From a virus: DNA of 64,000 bases. Below the pieces are notes generated by a model. The model searched no databases. It was not told the DNA's origin and was given only the letters and a program-made list of their open reading frames with translations. The position numbers were made by a program, and so were the translations under genes. Position 1 is the first letter of the stretch, and each line of letters starts with the position of its first letter. The stretch is taken from the IMG/VR virus record IMGVR_UViG_3300024262_003767; one strand, 5' to 3'. Positions 1-10,019 of this stretch are shown here, piece after piece.

Positions 1-1279
1 AAGAAAAAGGCTAGTTTCTTAATATTTTTACCTTCACATTTTGGATTAACACACATAATTTCAACTCCACTTTTATTCCAAACTAACTCAGAACCACAAC
101 TTGGACAATGTGTTGGAACATCTGCTTGTGTCGGTACTGAAACTCCAACGATTTTAGGAATAACAGATCCTGAACGAATAATTTCCACAACAGCATCTTT
201 ACCAATTTTATTATCTAAAATAAATTTCGCATTATAACCAGTCGCTCTTGAAATTGTCACACCTTCAACGTCAAATGGTACAACATTCACAACAGGTTTT
301 ACATAACCATTTTTTGATGTTTCCCAATCATTGAAAAGTGTTGGTGTTGATATTGGTTTTGCCCAATCTGATTTGTATGCAATTGCGTATGATGGATTGT
401 TATTTGTTTCTCTACCTAATTGTTTTCGTAATTTTTCATCATTGACATCAAGAACAATACCATCAATTTCATATTTTTCACCCCAAGTGTAATATAATTC
501 ATCTAACATTTCTGATGTTAGTTCAGAAATGCGAATTTTTTTGAAAGGAACTTTAAATCCTGTTTCTTTTTCAATGAGTTCAATTTGTTCTAACTTGCTC
601 ATATCTTCATCAGCAACACCATAACGAACATGATCAACAAATTCCCAATAAGGCGATACTTCATCGTGATTAACTAAGCCAGCAACCATATTACGAGGAT
701 TTTTATAAGGTTCACCATTACTTCTCACAAAATTATTTTCTTCAAAAACTTGTCTTGGAATAATGAGTTCTCCAATTGTGTAAAATTCAACAGTTGATGG
801 TTTAGAATCTGTGAATGTGTTTAGATGTTCTGTGATATTTTGACCTTCAATACCATCACCTCTTGAGTGTGATACTTGTGTAAATTCATTTCTAAGTGCG
901 GAAACGCCATCATATTTGGCTGTTGCGATTAATATTGTATTTAAAGGTATACCTTTATTTTTTGCCCATTTTTTTACTTCTTCAACAGTTTTCTTTTTTT
1001 CAAGTGAGTACATTGGTTTATCCAATGTTTCCATTCTTTCTGTTGAACCTAAATCTTCAACATTTTCAATAACAGCGTTATCAAAAAGTTCATCATTTGG
1101 TTTGATTTCTTTCATTTTTTCAACTAATCTATCATAGTCTCTATCAGAAAGTTCACCACTTTTTTTACCTAAAAATTCTTGAATATCTTCTGTAAGTTCT
1201 GATATATCTACTGGATTACCAATTCTATACCTTGCATTTGAGATTAAAATTGCGTCTTTTAGGTTCTGTTGAAATGTCA
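1..1279 (-). CDS. ligA: NAD+-dependent DNA ligase (LigA), N-terminal ~426 codons; 3' end runs off the left edge
   Basis: Own translation of minus strand from ATG at 1279 (absent from the ORF track because it is open-ended): ATAKYDGVS (KxDG adenylation site), SRGDG, NPRN, OB-fold region, CPSCGSEL..CVNPKC zinc finger. Confidence 0.9.
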
Positions 1280-1362
1280 TATTTTATGATTTTAATTTTT
1301 TGTTTTAAATTATAGTACAAAAGTAAGGATAATATTTGAATAAAAAAAGAAAATTTAATTTT

Positions 1363-1370
1363 TATATATA
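1363..1370 (+). promoter_or_regulatory. TATATATA box (candidate phage promoter core)
   Basis: tttTATATATAag, 51 nt upstream of the ATG at 1422. Confidence 0.35.
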
Positions 1371-1421
1371 AGATATACTGTCTTTGTTTTTGATGTGTCA
1401 AAAAAAAATAAATAAAAATTA

Positions 1422-2321
1422 ATGATAAAAGAAAAAGAAATTGAAATATCTATAGGTTCTAGCAATTATTCACATTATGAAAAATACAAACCATATAAAA
1501 AGGGTGATAAAATTTTAGTTAAGATATATGACTTAATAGAAAATTCCACAGTTATCATTACCGCAATTTGTGATATTTGTAATAAAGAGAAGAAAATAAA
1601 ATATCAACCATACAACAATCAAATAAAAAAAAGCAATTTTTATTGTTGTTCTGAATGTAAAATGGTGAAAACTAGAGCTACAAATAAAAAAAAATATGGA
1701 TTTGATTATCCTATGCAAAGAGTGGAGGTTATGGTAAAGTCTAAAAATACATTATTAGAAAAATATGGAATAGAAAACATATCACAACGAGATGATATTA
1801 AACAAAAACGGAGTAAAATAATGTGTGATCCAAAATACCAAAAAAAACTTAAAAATGGGGTAATTAAAAAATATGGAGTCGATAATGCATCTTCTTTACA
1901 ATATGTTAAAGATAAAAAGAAAGAAACTACATTATCAAACTATGGTGTTGAGAATCCTTCTCAATCATCCGAAATTTTCATTAAGGCTCAAAAATCAGGA
2001 AAAAAAATTAAAGAGCATCACACAGGATTATTCTATAGAGGTACATATGAAAAAGATTTTTTAGACTTTTGTTATAAACATAAAGTACCTATCGAAAAGG
2101 GTAAAACACTTAAATATACACTAAATGGTAAAGAACGATATTATCATTCTGACTATTATATGAAAAATCTAAATTTAATAATTGAAATAAAATCAAATTA
2201 TTATTATGAGAAGTATAAAGAACAAAATATACAAAAAAAGATTTCTTCTATTAAAAATGGCTTTAACTACATTATTATTATTGATAAAGAATATGACGAA
2301 TTTTTAAGTAAATTTTCTTAA
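1422..2321 (+). CDS. Free-standing homing-endonuclease-like protein (zinc ribbon + KYG repeats + PD-(D/E)xK-like C-terminus)
   Basis: CDICNKE..CCSECK zinc ribbon, four KYG[FIV][DE]N..SQ repeats, C-terminal HSDYY..IIEIKS (D..E.K). Antisense to both neighbours; 3' end overlaps GH16 gene by 4 nt; TATATATA box at 1363. Confidence 0.5.
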   Translation: MIKEKEIEISIGSSNYSHYEKYKPYKKGDKILVKIYDLIENSTVIITAICDICNKEKKIKYQPYNNQIKKSNFYCCSECKMVKTRATNKKKYGFDYPMQRVEVMVKSKNTLLEKYGIENISQRDDIKQKRSKIMCDPKYQKKLKNGVIKKYGVDNASSLQYVKDKKKETTLSNYGVENPSQSSEIFIKAQKSGKKIKEHHTGLFYRGTYEKDFLDFCYKHKVPIEKGKTLKYTLNGKERYYHSDYYMKNLNLIIEIKSNYYYEKYKEQNIQKKISSIKNGFNYIIIIDKEYDEFLSKFS

Positions 2322-3175
2322 TAATTTCTTTCATACACTCGTATATAATCAACTACAAAATCAGCGGGCATTTCTGATGGTTCAGGTAAATATCCTAAAT
2401 CTCCTGCGGTGTTGACAATAACACTCATTTTATTATTAGGTACATTATAAATTTGTCTATATACTGGAACATTATCGATATACCATTCAACATAATTCCA
2501 TTCCCATCTACAAGCATATGTGTGAAAGTCTTTACTCCAATCAATTCTATTATTATAAGTTCTACCCAATTGTGTGCCAAAGTATCCAGTTTTTTCTTTT
2601 TTTCCAGGTGTACCAAAATGTGTGGTTAAACTAATACCTTTTGTATAATCTTTTCCAACATCACTTGTACTCATAAATTCAAAAATGTCAATCTCTGGGG
2701 GCCAGGTACTTCCATACAACCAGAACGCTGTCCACCATTTTAAACCTTGTGTTGGTGGTTTACATCGTATTTCAAAATATCCATATTGTTGATCAAATCC
2801 AATATCTTCCCATCTTGCAGTATTTAACCACCCTCTTTTGAGTTTATACTCACCCCCTGGGTTATCTTTAACATATAAATGTAAATAATTATCTTTTAAT
2901 TCTATACAGTCCAATGAAGATTCACCAGCAACCTGTTGTGGTGTGTGTTCTGTATGAGTAGAATACCATTTATTCCATTTTGTCCAATCCATTTCAGTAC
3001 CATTAAACTCATCATTAAATGTTAGTGTCCAACCTTCTTTGTCTATTGGATTGATTGGTGGGTTTGAGAACAGTTTTTTATTTGAAAAATAAAATTTACA
3101 GTAATAGTAACCATTTAAGAAAATAACATAAATGTTCCATAAAATCTCTTTAATAGCGTATAGTAAATAAGTCAT
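2318..3175 (-). CDS. Glycoside hydrolase family 16 (laminarinase/beta-glucanase-like) with N-terminal hydrophobic anchor
   Basis: GH16 catalytic motif ExDxxE present as WPPEIDIFEF; jelly-roll-like W/Y-rich sequence; hydrophobic N-terminus ILWNIYVIFLNGYYY. Confidence 0.75.
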   Translation of the reverse strand: MTYLLYAIKEILWNIYVIFLNGYYYCKFYFSNKKLFSNPPINPIDKEGWTLTFNDEFNGTEMDWTKWNKWYSTHTEHTPQQVAGESSLDCIELKDNYLHLYVKDNPGGEYKLKRGWLNTARWEDIGFDQQYGYFEIRCKPPTQGLKWWTAFWLYGSTWPPEIDIFEFMSTSDVGKDYTKGISLTTHFGTPGKKEKTGYFGTQLGRTYNNRIDWSKDFHTYACRWEWNYVEWYIDNVPVYRQIYNVPNNKMSVIVNTAGDLGYLPEPSEMPADFVVDYIRVYERNY

Positions 3176-3190
3176 ATCTATTTTTATTTT

Positions 3191-3198
3191 TATATATA
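3191..3198 (-). promoter_or_regulatory. TATATATA box
   Basis: 15 nt upstream of the GH16 start at 3175. Confidence 0.4.
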
Positions 3199-3222
3199 AA
3201 AATGTTATGGTAATGTTATATT

Positions 3223-3483
3223 CTAATTTAGATTTTGTAACTTTTTTATTCTAACATATTTTAATAAGTCTGAAAAGTCTAATTTTACAACATTCAACAT
3301 TTGTCTCATATTAAATCTATTATAACTAGGTGTGGATTCAACATCAACAAAATATGCTATCTCACAATCACAATTAATATCTATAATACCGATATTTTTA
3401 TTATCAATTTGATAAATTGATTTGACACTCAAATTGTATTTGTGTTCTAAATAATCATTTATTATTTGTTCTTTGAAAACCAT
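3223..3483 (-). CDS. Hypothetical protein
   Basis: ORF track; same-strand tight packing; ends VRIKKLQNLN (recurrent basic C-terminal motif). Confidence 0.5.
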   Translation of the reverse strand: MVFKEQIINDYLEHKYNLSVKSIYQIDNKNIGIIDINCDCEIAYFVDVESTPSYNRFNMRQMLNVVKLDFSDLLKYVRIKKLQNLN

Positions 3484-3671
3484 TTTCTTGTGATTTTATC
3501 GAAAATCTTATCTCCATAATATTTTATAACGGTGGCAATTGTTGATATAACAAAAGATGCAACGATACTATCAAGTAATCCGAAACCATAAAATACCATA
3601 GATATTGTTATTACTATAAATATTAGTAAAAATAAGATTTTATATTTCTCCATTATTTGTGTAACTTTCAT
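3462..3671 (-). CDS. Small membrane protein (two predicted TM helices)
   Basis: Hydrophobic stretches ILFLLIFIVITISMVFYGFGLL and IVASFVISTIATVI. Confidence 0.45.
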   Translation of the reverse strand: MKVTQIMEKYKILFLLIFIVITISMVFYGFGLLDSIVASFVISTIATVIKYYGDKIFDKITRKWFSKNK

Positions 3672-3689
3672 ATTATGATTTATTTATTT

Positions 3690-4088
3690 TTAGTAATAAT
3701 TTATATAATTTACAATTGGTAAAAATAAATTTTTAGGGAAATTTTTCCAATCAAACCATCCAATTTCTGTACATTTTTCAGGTTCCATAATTTTGGCATC
3801 ATACGATTTAGATTGACACCTTACAAAAATTGTAATATAATGCAAATCCTCTTCAATAAACATATCATTAGTAAATCTATCAACTTGTAAATTGATGATA
3901 TCTAGTCCTGTTTCTTCTTTTGCTTCTCTGATTGCACAATCTACAATTGTTTCAAATTTGTCTAATTTTCCACCAGGGAAACTCCAGGTTCCTTCGCTGT
4001 GAGCACCTTTTCTTTTCATTAGAAGAACTTTACCATCGTAATCTTCTATTATAACACCTACGCCTATGTGTGGTCTATTACATTTCAT
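3690..4088 (-). CDS. Nudix hydrolase
   Basis: Nudix box GGKLDKFETIVDCAIREAKEETGL (Gx5Ex7REuxEExGu). Confidence 0.8.
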   Translation of the reverse strand: MKCNRPHIGVGVIIEDYDGKVLLMKRKGAHSEGTWSFPGGKLDKFETIVDCAIREAKEETGLDIINLQVDRFTNDMFIEEDLHYITIFVRCQSKSYDAKIMEPEKCTEIGWFDWKNFPKNLFLPIVNYINYY

Positions 4089-4437
4089 TTTCTATTTTAT
4101 TTAATTTGGTTTTTCTTATATCTTTTTCTAATTTTTTCTTTAATCTATCAAAATCTGATATTTCAAAGAAATACTCAAATGCATTTTCATATGTTTCTTT
4201 TGTGATATAATATGTCTCTCCGTCTTTGGTATATGTTCGGGGTGGTAGTATTTTAAAAAAGTATGTAGTATCACGATTAAATCCAGAACTTCTTTCTAAT
4301 CTGATTATATCACCACTATATAAAAAAGTAAACATTCCTCTATCTACATATTTAGTATTGGTATTTTCATCGGGTATATCATATCCTTTCTGAACCCCAA
4401 TATCAATCAATCCTAATATAAATTCATCATTCATCAT
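4078..4437 (-). CDS. Hypothetical protein
   Basis: ORF track; overlaps neighbours by 11 nt on the same strand; ends DIRKTKLNKIENEM. Confidence 0.5.
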   Translation of the reverse strand: MMNDEFILGLIDIGVQKGYDIPDENTNTKYVDRGMFTFLYSGDIIRLERSSGFNRDTTYFFKILPPRTYTKDGETYYITKETYENAFEYFFEISDFDRLKKKLEKDIRKTKLNKIENEM

Positions 4438-4705
4438 TTATTTGCTCTAATTTCTTTTTTCTCAAATTTTTTCTCAAATGTTCTTTATATCTATCAGATT
4501 TTAATAAGAAGTTTTTTATTTCATTTTGTGTTGATTTTAAACCACAAGTAATAGATCCACTTGAGTATGTTAGCCAACCATTATGAAAAAAAAGATATTG
4601 ACCTCTATTAATAATTATACATTCTCCTAGTAAACCACTATCTTTTTTCAAAACATATATATCCTCGGGTATATCAAAAAAATCTATTGCTTCTAATAAA
4701 GTCAT
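4427..4705 (-). CDS. Hypothetical protein
   Basis: ORF track; ends NLRKKKLEQINDE. Confidence 0.5.
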   Translation of the reverse strand: MTLLEAIDFFDIPEDIYVLKKDSGLLGECIIINRGQYLFFHNGWLTYSSGSITCGLKSTQNEIKNFLLKSDRYKEHLRKNLRKKKLEQINDE

Positions 4706-5215
4706 TTAAATGTTATTTTGTCTAATTATTTCTTCGAAAATAGTTGATTTTAAATCTTCATACAAATCTTCAAGTGAATTATTAATTTTCTGAGATGTTC
4801 GTATCACTCTTGTTTGTATTATTACATCATCTTTTCTTTCATATTCTGGATCTATACCAACCACTAATCTCATTGCTGTAGGTAAATATTTGCCATATTC
4901 AAATAATGTAATAGGATTTAGTGAACCTTTAGAAAACCAAAAAAGTATAATATTTGATTCTTTTAATTTATTATGTTCCCAAATGATTTGTTCTTTTAAT
5001 TTATTTCTTGATATTTTCTTTGACATTTTCTTCCGTCTCGGATTAAAAATGTCCGTGTGTTCAAACATATTTTTAGTTTGTGGATATTTTTCAGACTTTA
5101 TCTTTTCAATTATTTCATTTTGCCAATTTGGACAATTTGAAATTCCACCTGCTAAAAATAATTTAATTTTATTCAGGCTTTTAAGTTTACTCGGGGCTTC
5201 TAATATTTTTAACAT
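4706..5215 (-). CDS. Nucleoside 2-deoxyribosyltransferase-like protein
   Basis: KIKLFLAGGISNCPNWQ near the N-terminus, and W..L..SNIILFWFS...PITLFEYG, resemble the Nuc_deoxyri_tr2 pattern; motif-level only. Confidence 0.4.
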   Translation of the reverse strand: MLKILEAPSKLKSLNKIKLFLAGGISNCPNWQNEIIEKIKSEKYPQTKNMFEHTDIFNPRRKKMSKKISRNKLKEQIIWEHNKLKESNIILFWFSKGSLNPITLFEYGKYLPTAMRLVVGIDPEYERKDDVIIQTRVIRTSQKINNSLEDLYEDLKSTIFEEIIRQNNI

Positions 5216-5216
5216 T

Positions 5217-5651
5217 TTAATAGTCTGTTATTAATTTTCCAATTAGATGATCATATTCGTGTTGAATTATACGTGCCATAACACCTTCAAATTCTTGTTG
5301 TTTATACTCCCATGCTCTATTGTGATATTGTATTCTAACTCTACCTTTTCGTGTGACAGTTATTGGTATATCAGGCACACTCAAACAACCTTCAGTCATT
5401 TGTTCTGAATGACCAAATGCGTATATTTTAGGATTTATATATGTTTCCTCAAAACCTTCATATGAAACAATAAATAGGTTTAAATTTTTACTAACTTGTG
5501 GTGCTGCTAATCCAACCCCAGTTGATGATCTCAAAGTTTCAAACATATCCGATATTAACTTTTTAGAATGTTCATTATTTATAACATCTATGTTTGGTTT
5601 TCTTAATATACCTCTTGGATCTTGATTATATTTTATTACATCTAATATCAT
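5217..5651 (-). CDS. def: Peptide deformylase
   Basis: All three PDF motifs: GVGLAAPQ, EGCLSVP, QHEYDHL. Confidence 0.9.
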   Translation of the reverse strand: MILDVIKYNQDPRGILRKPNIDVINNEHSKKLISDMFETLRSSTGVGLAAPQVSKNLNLFIVSYEGFEETYINPKIYAFGHSEQMTEGCLSVPDIPITVTRKGRVRIQYHNRAWEYKQQEFEGVMARIIQHEYDHLIGKLITDY

Positions 5652-5657
5652 TATTTG

Positions 5658-6491
5658 TTATATAATTTTTAATTTTTTAAGTTTATCTTTATCATAAACT
5701 TCTATTTTTTTGTCTCTATATTGTTTTTTAAAAGCAAGATATTTATCTTTTGCATCATCTCTCCACCAGCCTTTAACTTCAACATATAAATCACAATCAA
5801 TAAGGTAAAAATCTGGTCTATATGTTCCTTCAGCATTATTATAATTGATAGGAAATGCTTCTGGTTCAAAGAACCATTCTATGTTATTTTTATCCAAATA
5901 AGTTGCATATTTTATTTCCCAAGAACTTCTCATCCACACAGAATCACCATTTTTACATTTATACCATTCACCTTTACCATGATAACATTTACCATAAAAA
6001 TTAGATTCCTTACCTCTTTTTACATTTTTACTTTTATTGATTAGCATTTTTTGATATCTTATGTTTGCTTCTATTTCGCCATATTTTTCTAACCAAACAC
6101 TAAATACTGAACGACCATACATTGGATTTTTATCACCAGACATTTTGACACTTATCTTTTTTTTAGTTTTGTCTGAATGATAATTACCTATGTTAGATTG
6201 ACTTATTTTTTTCTTTACCTCGTCTGTTCTATGCTTACCTTTAAAATGATGTGTATTATTTTTGTGCCATTCGATAAGTTTTTCAATCTTAACATCTTTA
6301 TTTGTATTCGCATTCACTTTATTAGAACACGATAAGCATAGATCATTTTTAACTGCATATCTATATTTTTTTTCTACTTCAGCATCACAATCTTTACATT
6401 TCCAAATTACAGTCTTTTCGCTACTTGGTTTCAAATCATTTGAATAATACCCAAACATATCCTTTGTTTTTTGTTCTAAAATAATACCCAT
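5658..6491 (-). CDS. Homing-endonuclease-like protein (NUMOD3 repeats + PD-(D/E)xK core)
   Basis: CKDCDAEV..CLSC zinc ribbon; NUMOD3-like KISQSNIGNYHSDKTKKKISVKMSGDKNPMYGR; C-terminal YRPDFYLID..LYVEVKGWW; TATATATA box at 6514. Confidence 0.6.
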   Translation of the reverse strand: MGIILEQKTKDMFGYYSNDLKPSSEKTVIWKCKDCDAEVEKKYRYAVKNDLCLSCSNKVNANTNKDVKIEKLIEWHKNNTHHFKGKHRTDEVKKKISQSNIGNYHSDKTKKKISVKMSGDKNPMYGRSVFSVWLEKYGEIEANIRYQKMLINKSKNVKRGKESNFYGKCYHGKGEWYKCKNGDSVWMRSSWEIKYATYLDKNNIEWFFEPEAFPINYNNAEGTYRPDFYLIDCDLYVEVKGWWRDDAKDKYLAFKKQYRDKKIEVYDKDKLKKLKII

Positions 6492-6513
6492 AACATTTAT
6501 ATATTTTTCGATT

Positions 6514-6521
6514 ATATATAA
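6514..6521 (-). promoter_or_regulatory. TATATATA box
   Basis: 22 nt upstream of the start at 6491. Confidence 0.4.
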
Positions 6522-6554
6522 ATATATACCAGTTGTATTTGTACCAAAAACAAA

Positions 6555-7016
6555 TTATATTATATATTTCCAAAATTCTTCAGGTAAATGAATATTTGTT
6601 AAAAACAAAACATTTTTAAATAATGGTGCAATGTCTGATGCTGCATAACCTGCTAACCCGCAACCTATTGGAGTAACTAAAAATATTTGTTCCTTATGTT
6701 TACAAGCATATTCAATAAAATTACCAACATACTTTTGGATTTCGATTACTGATAATGTTTTAATATTTTTATCTTTTGTTGGTATTGCATATGTTTGACC
6801 CTGAATTCCTTCACCTTGACCATAAATTGCGCCCCATTTAATTGCTTGTTTTGCTGCCCCTTTACCATGTCTTCCCGATTTGTTAGATCCAAAAATAAAC
6901 ACTTCATTGTCTTTTAATTTAGTAATTTTTTCTGGTGTTACTCTTTTTTCTTTATTAATATATTTACTATCACTAAAGTAAGAACCTCTCATTGCTTCTG
7001 ATCTTCCATCTGACAT
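6555..7016 (-). CDS. Conserved phage-type hypothetical protein (FGSN..GxHGKGAA..IPTK..GCGLAG pattern)
   Basis: Motifs VFIFGSNKSGRHGKGAAKQA, QTYAIPTKD, PIGCGLAGY look like a nucleotide-binding Rossmann-like fold; family not identified. Confidence 0.5.
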   Translation of the reverse strand: MSDGRSEAMRGSYFSDSKYINKEKRVTPEKITKLKDNEVFIFGSNKSGRHGKGAAKQAIKWGAIYGQGEGIQGQTYAIPTKDKNIKTLSVIEIQKYVGNFIEYACKHKEQIFLVTPIGCGLAGYAASDIAPLFKNVLFLTNIHLPEEFWKYII

Positions 7017-7137
7017 TGTTTTAATTGTTTTAATTTTAATTTTCTTAAATAACTATTTAATCCTTTTTCATTATTTACAAAATGTGATAACCCCATATTT
7101 TATATAATGTATTTTACTTTTTGTGATTTGTTTAAAT

Positions 7138-7166
7138 AAAAAAAGGGCTACAATAGCCCTTTTTCA
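7138..7166 (-). terminator. Terminator hairpin overlapping the stop of 7148..7390
   Basis: aaaaaaagggcta caa tagcccttttt. Confidence 0.6.
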
Positions 7167-7390
7167 ATCCATTTTCCATTAATTTTAACTTTATCAAGTT
7201 TTGTTAATGTAAATCTCCATTTTTCAGGAAAATCTAATAATCTTAGATTCATTTGTGTTACCATTTTATGAGCAGTTTTATACTCATTTTGATTAGTGTT
7301 CACCTCTATCAATTGATAAGGTGCGTGATACCCATTACGGTGTATCAGATCAACTCTCCAAAGTTGACATCTTTCGCTTGTGTTTGCCAT
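7148..7390 (-). CDS. Hypothetical protein
   Basis: ORF track; stop codon embedded in terminator hairpin 7138-7166. Confidence 0.5.
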   Translation of the reverse strand: MANTSERCQLWRVDLIHRNGYHAPYQLIEVNTNQNEYKTAHKMVTQMNLRLLDFPEKWRFTLTKLDKVKINGKWIEKGLL

Positions 7391-7446
7391 AATCTGAACT
7401 AGTCAGACTACGATGTATTAAAATACCTCATACAACTATATATTAT

Positions 7447-7818
7447 TTATTCTGTGTGAAGTTTTCTTATTTTTGATTTTTTATTTAGTTCATCAAGTTT
7501 CATCTTTCTCAACGCCAAATTACCTAAAAATCGTTTAACAGTGGTCCAAACCATGGTGCCTTTATCACCTTGTATTTTTATTTTACCTGGTTTTTTATCT
7601 AAAACTTTATATACCTTACCAACTGTAAAAGATTGTATCTTTTCTGCTGTTCCATTTTTAGAAAATCTTGGATCAAATGATAAATCTCTATCATCAAAAC
7701 ACAATATAGTATCACCTATATTACAATCTCCATGTTTCAACAACATTCTATCAAGTTCTATTTGTTTTTGGTAGAAATGTAAATTATAAAATTTTTTTGA
7801 ACGTAATTTATTTATCAT
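7447..7818 (-). CDS. Hypothetical protein
   Basis: ORF track; ends LRKMKLDELNKKSKIRKLHTE. Confidence 0.5.
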   Translation of the reverse strand: MINKLRSKKFYNLHFYQKQIELDRMLLKHGDCNIGDTILCFDDRDLSFDPRFSKNGTAEKIQSFTVGKVYKVLDKKPGKIKIQGDKGTMVWTTVKRFLGNLALRKMKLDELNKKSKIRKLHTE

Positions 7819-7838
7819 ATAATGATATATGATAAACT

Positions 7839-8660
7839 TTAAGAAATGTTTTCAAGTTTTAATGCTCTGATTTGTTTTTTAGAAAAAATATTAGTTTTTG
7901 ACTTCTTTATTAAATGTGAAAATATTTTATTTTGTATTAATTTTTTCTTTACGGAAAAATCCGCATTTACTATTTTTTCTTCAAATTCAATTAAACATTC
8001 AGGCTCACGACCATCACCTAAATAAACTTTATCTCCTACTGTGTGAAACCAAAACCATTCTATTTTAATGTCATTTTCTTTAAACAATTTATCTACTTCT
8101 GAACTTAAATAATAATAAAAATATGTTAATAATTCAGTTAAAAATTCAGTTTCAGAAAATCCATCATTACTATTTAAATAATAATACCAAAAATTACTAG
8201 GTTCAACACCTAACTCAAGACAAAGATTATCAATTTTATCAATATTTTTGTTGGTTTTATTAAAAACATAGTCATTAAACAAACTTTTAAATGATTTAGT
8301 ATCTCCATTACCTTTATCACAATTACATTTTGAACACATTGTCTGATAATTGGTAGAAGTGTTTTTACCACCTTTAGATTTTGGTATGATGTGATCTTTC
8401 GTCATTAAAATTTCATCACCGTTTTCATTTACACCATACATATTGATGTGATATTTTTCAATTTCGGGTAAATGCTTCTCAATTGCTAAAAAAATTCCTT
8501 CAAGTCCACATTCAACACAGAATCTATTTTCTTGAAATAATTTGTATCGTTGTGAGGTTATCTTAACAGTAACCCCGTTAATTGTTCGGTATCTATTTGG
8601 TCCTACACTATCCTTTAGTTTTTTTAAATAACTTATATCTAATTTACTATGTCTTATCAT
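7839..8660 (-). CDS. HNH homing endonuclease
   Basis: CVECG zinc knuckle, then HNH core LMTKDHIIPKSKGGKNTSTNYQTMCSKCNCDKGN. Confidence 0.75.
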   Translation of the reverse strand: MIRHSKLDISYLKKLKDSVGPNRYRTINGVTVKITSQRYKLFQENRFCVECGLEGIFLAIEKHLPEIEKYHINMYGVNENGDEILMTKDHIIPKSKGGKNTSTNYQTMCSKCNCDKGNGDTKSFKSLFNDYVFNKTNKNIDKIDNLCLELGVEPSNFWYYYLNSNDGFSETEFLTELLTYFYYYLSSEVDKLFKENDIKIEWFWFHTVGDKVYLGDGREPECLIEFEEKIVNADFSVKKKLIQNKIFSHLIKKSKTNIFSKKQIRALKLENIS

Positions 8661-8675
8661 CTTTTTATTTAAAAA

Positions 8676-9188
8676 TTATTTCAGGTAAATAGGATCAACG
8701 TGATCAACTAACCATACACCATTTTCTGATTGATAAAATTTAATTTTATCAACAATCATTGGATAAGTATCAATTTTGAAGATATATGGAGTATCATTTT
8801 TACAATATCTATTTGCAACATCTAAAGCAGTATCATAATCAGCACTTAGATGTACATGATTTCTTTTCATTTTAGAAAGTCCATTTTTTCTAATTGATTT
8901 AACATTTCTAGATGCTGTGCCGTGATATAAAAATTTTGGTGGCATCTTTGATTTCAATTCAACATCAACTTTTAAAGAATGTCCTTGATTTGCTCTAATT
9001 TTAGTTTCATCTTCATTAAAACTAAATCTTTTCTTATCATTATTATCTACAATCCATTGTAAATCTTCAAATGATATATTAACTTTATTCAATAAATCAT
9101 CAACATCAACCCAACCATTTTTATCCATAGACAAATCTTCTGGGTTATGTCTTAATAAATAACTTATTTGTATTCCTTTATTTTTCAT
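8676..9188 (-). CDS. kptA: RNA 2'-phosphotransferase Tpt1/KptA
   Basis: Near end-to-end match to KptA landmarks: LSYLLRHNP, GWVDVDDLL, DKKRFSF, IRANQGHS, PPKFLYHGTASR, HVHLSAD, ENGVWL. Confidence 0.93.
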   Translation of the reverse strand: MKNKGIQISYLLRHNPEDLSMDKNGWVDVDDLLNKVNISFEDLQWIVDNNDKKRFSFNEDETKIRANQGHSLKVDVELKSKMPPKFLYHGTASRNVKSIRKNGLSKMKRNHVHLSADYDTALDVANRYCKNDTPYIFKIDTYPMIVDKIKFYQSENGVWLVDHVDPIYLK

Positions 9189-9227
9189 TTATTCCTTTAT
9201 TTTTCATCTATTTTATCTAATTACTCA

Positions 9228-9689
9228 TTATAATTGATTAAGTTTTAATTTTCTATTTTCTTTAATGAAAGAATTGTTGATTTTATTCCATAATTGTTCT
9301 TCTGAAAGTAGTTTTTGTATTTTATCATCAGAACAATACTCACATAAATATTTTTGTTTGATTAATCCCAAACAGACAGGACAATCTATGTCGCCATATT
9401 TACAGCCGTGGTTAATACAACAATGAGTTTCATGTACACCATATTTTTCCTTGGGTATTGTCGTTTTACCTTTTTTTACAGCTATCTCTTTTTCTTTTTG
9501 TTTTCGTTCAAACTCAGTTGTACTTTTGATATCTTCTAAAATATCATCACAAGTGAATTTGGAAAATTGATCTGATAATTTTTCATCCAAACCTTCAGTT
9601 CTCATTTTTTTAATAAAATCCGAAAATTCTTTCCTTTGCTCTTCATTTAAAGCAAATATTAAACTTGATATATCACTAAACATCTTCAT
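9228..9689 (-). CDS. Hypothetical Cys/His-rich (zinc-binding?) protein
   Basis: HETHCCINHGCKYGDIDCPVCLG..CEYC cluster; ends ENRKLKLNQL. Confidence 0.5.
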   Translation of the reverse strand: MKMFSDISSLIFALNEEQRKEFSDFIKKMRTEGLDEKLSDQFSKFTCDDILEDIKSTTEFERKQKEKEIAVKKGKTTIPKEKYGVHETHCCINHGCKYGDIDCPVCLGLIKQKYLCEYCSDDKIQKLLSEEQLWNKINNSFIKENRKLKLNQL

Positions 9690-9840
9690 CTTTCAACTTA
9701 TTATAAATTTCAAAATCAACACTACCATCTTCATTAATGTATTGTTCGTAAGTAAACTCACAACATGCTCTAATATGCATCATTGAAAATCCTTTTCGGT
9801 GACACATACACATACAAATATTTTCTTTTTTCTTTTCCAT
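9676..9840 (-). CDS. Small Cys-rich hypothetical protein (start moved to internal ATG)
   Basis: The ORF-track N-terminal extension is low-complexity; MEKKKENICMCMCHRKG.. from ATG at 9840. Confidence 0.3.
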   Translation of the reverse strand: MEKKKENICMCMCHRKGFSMMHIRACCEFTYEQYINEDGSVDFEIYNKLKDEDV

Positions 9841-10019
9841 ACGGCAAATATAAACAAAAATATGTAAATAAAAAATGTTCACTAAATAGAAAATGTGTTC
9901 GTTTTTGATGCACATTTTTAATTCATTATTATCACATTATTATATAATATAATGCTAATTAAGTACTTAGTATTTTTGGCACACTTTATGAGATAGTAAT
10001 AAAAAACAATATAGAAATT

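Noticed and set aside
916-1137. Plus-strand 73-aa ORF
   Set aside because: It lies entirely antisense within the well-supported ligA reading frame. It has a TTG start and low-complexity F/S/I-rich sequence typical of shadow ORFs in AT-rich DNA.
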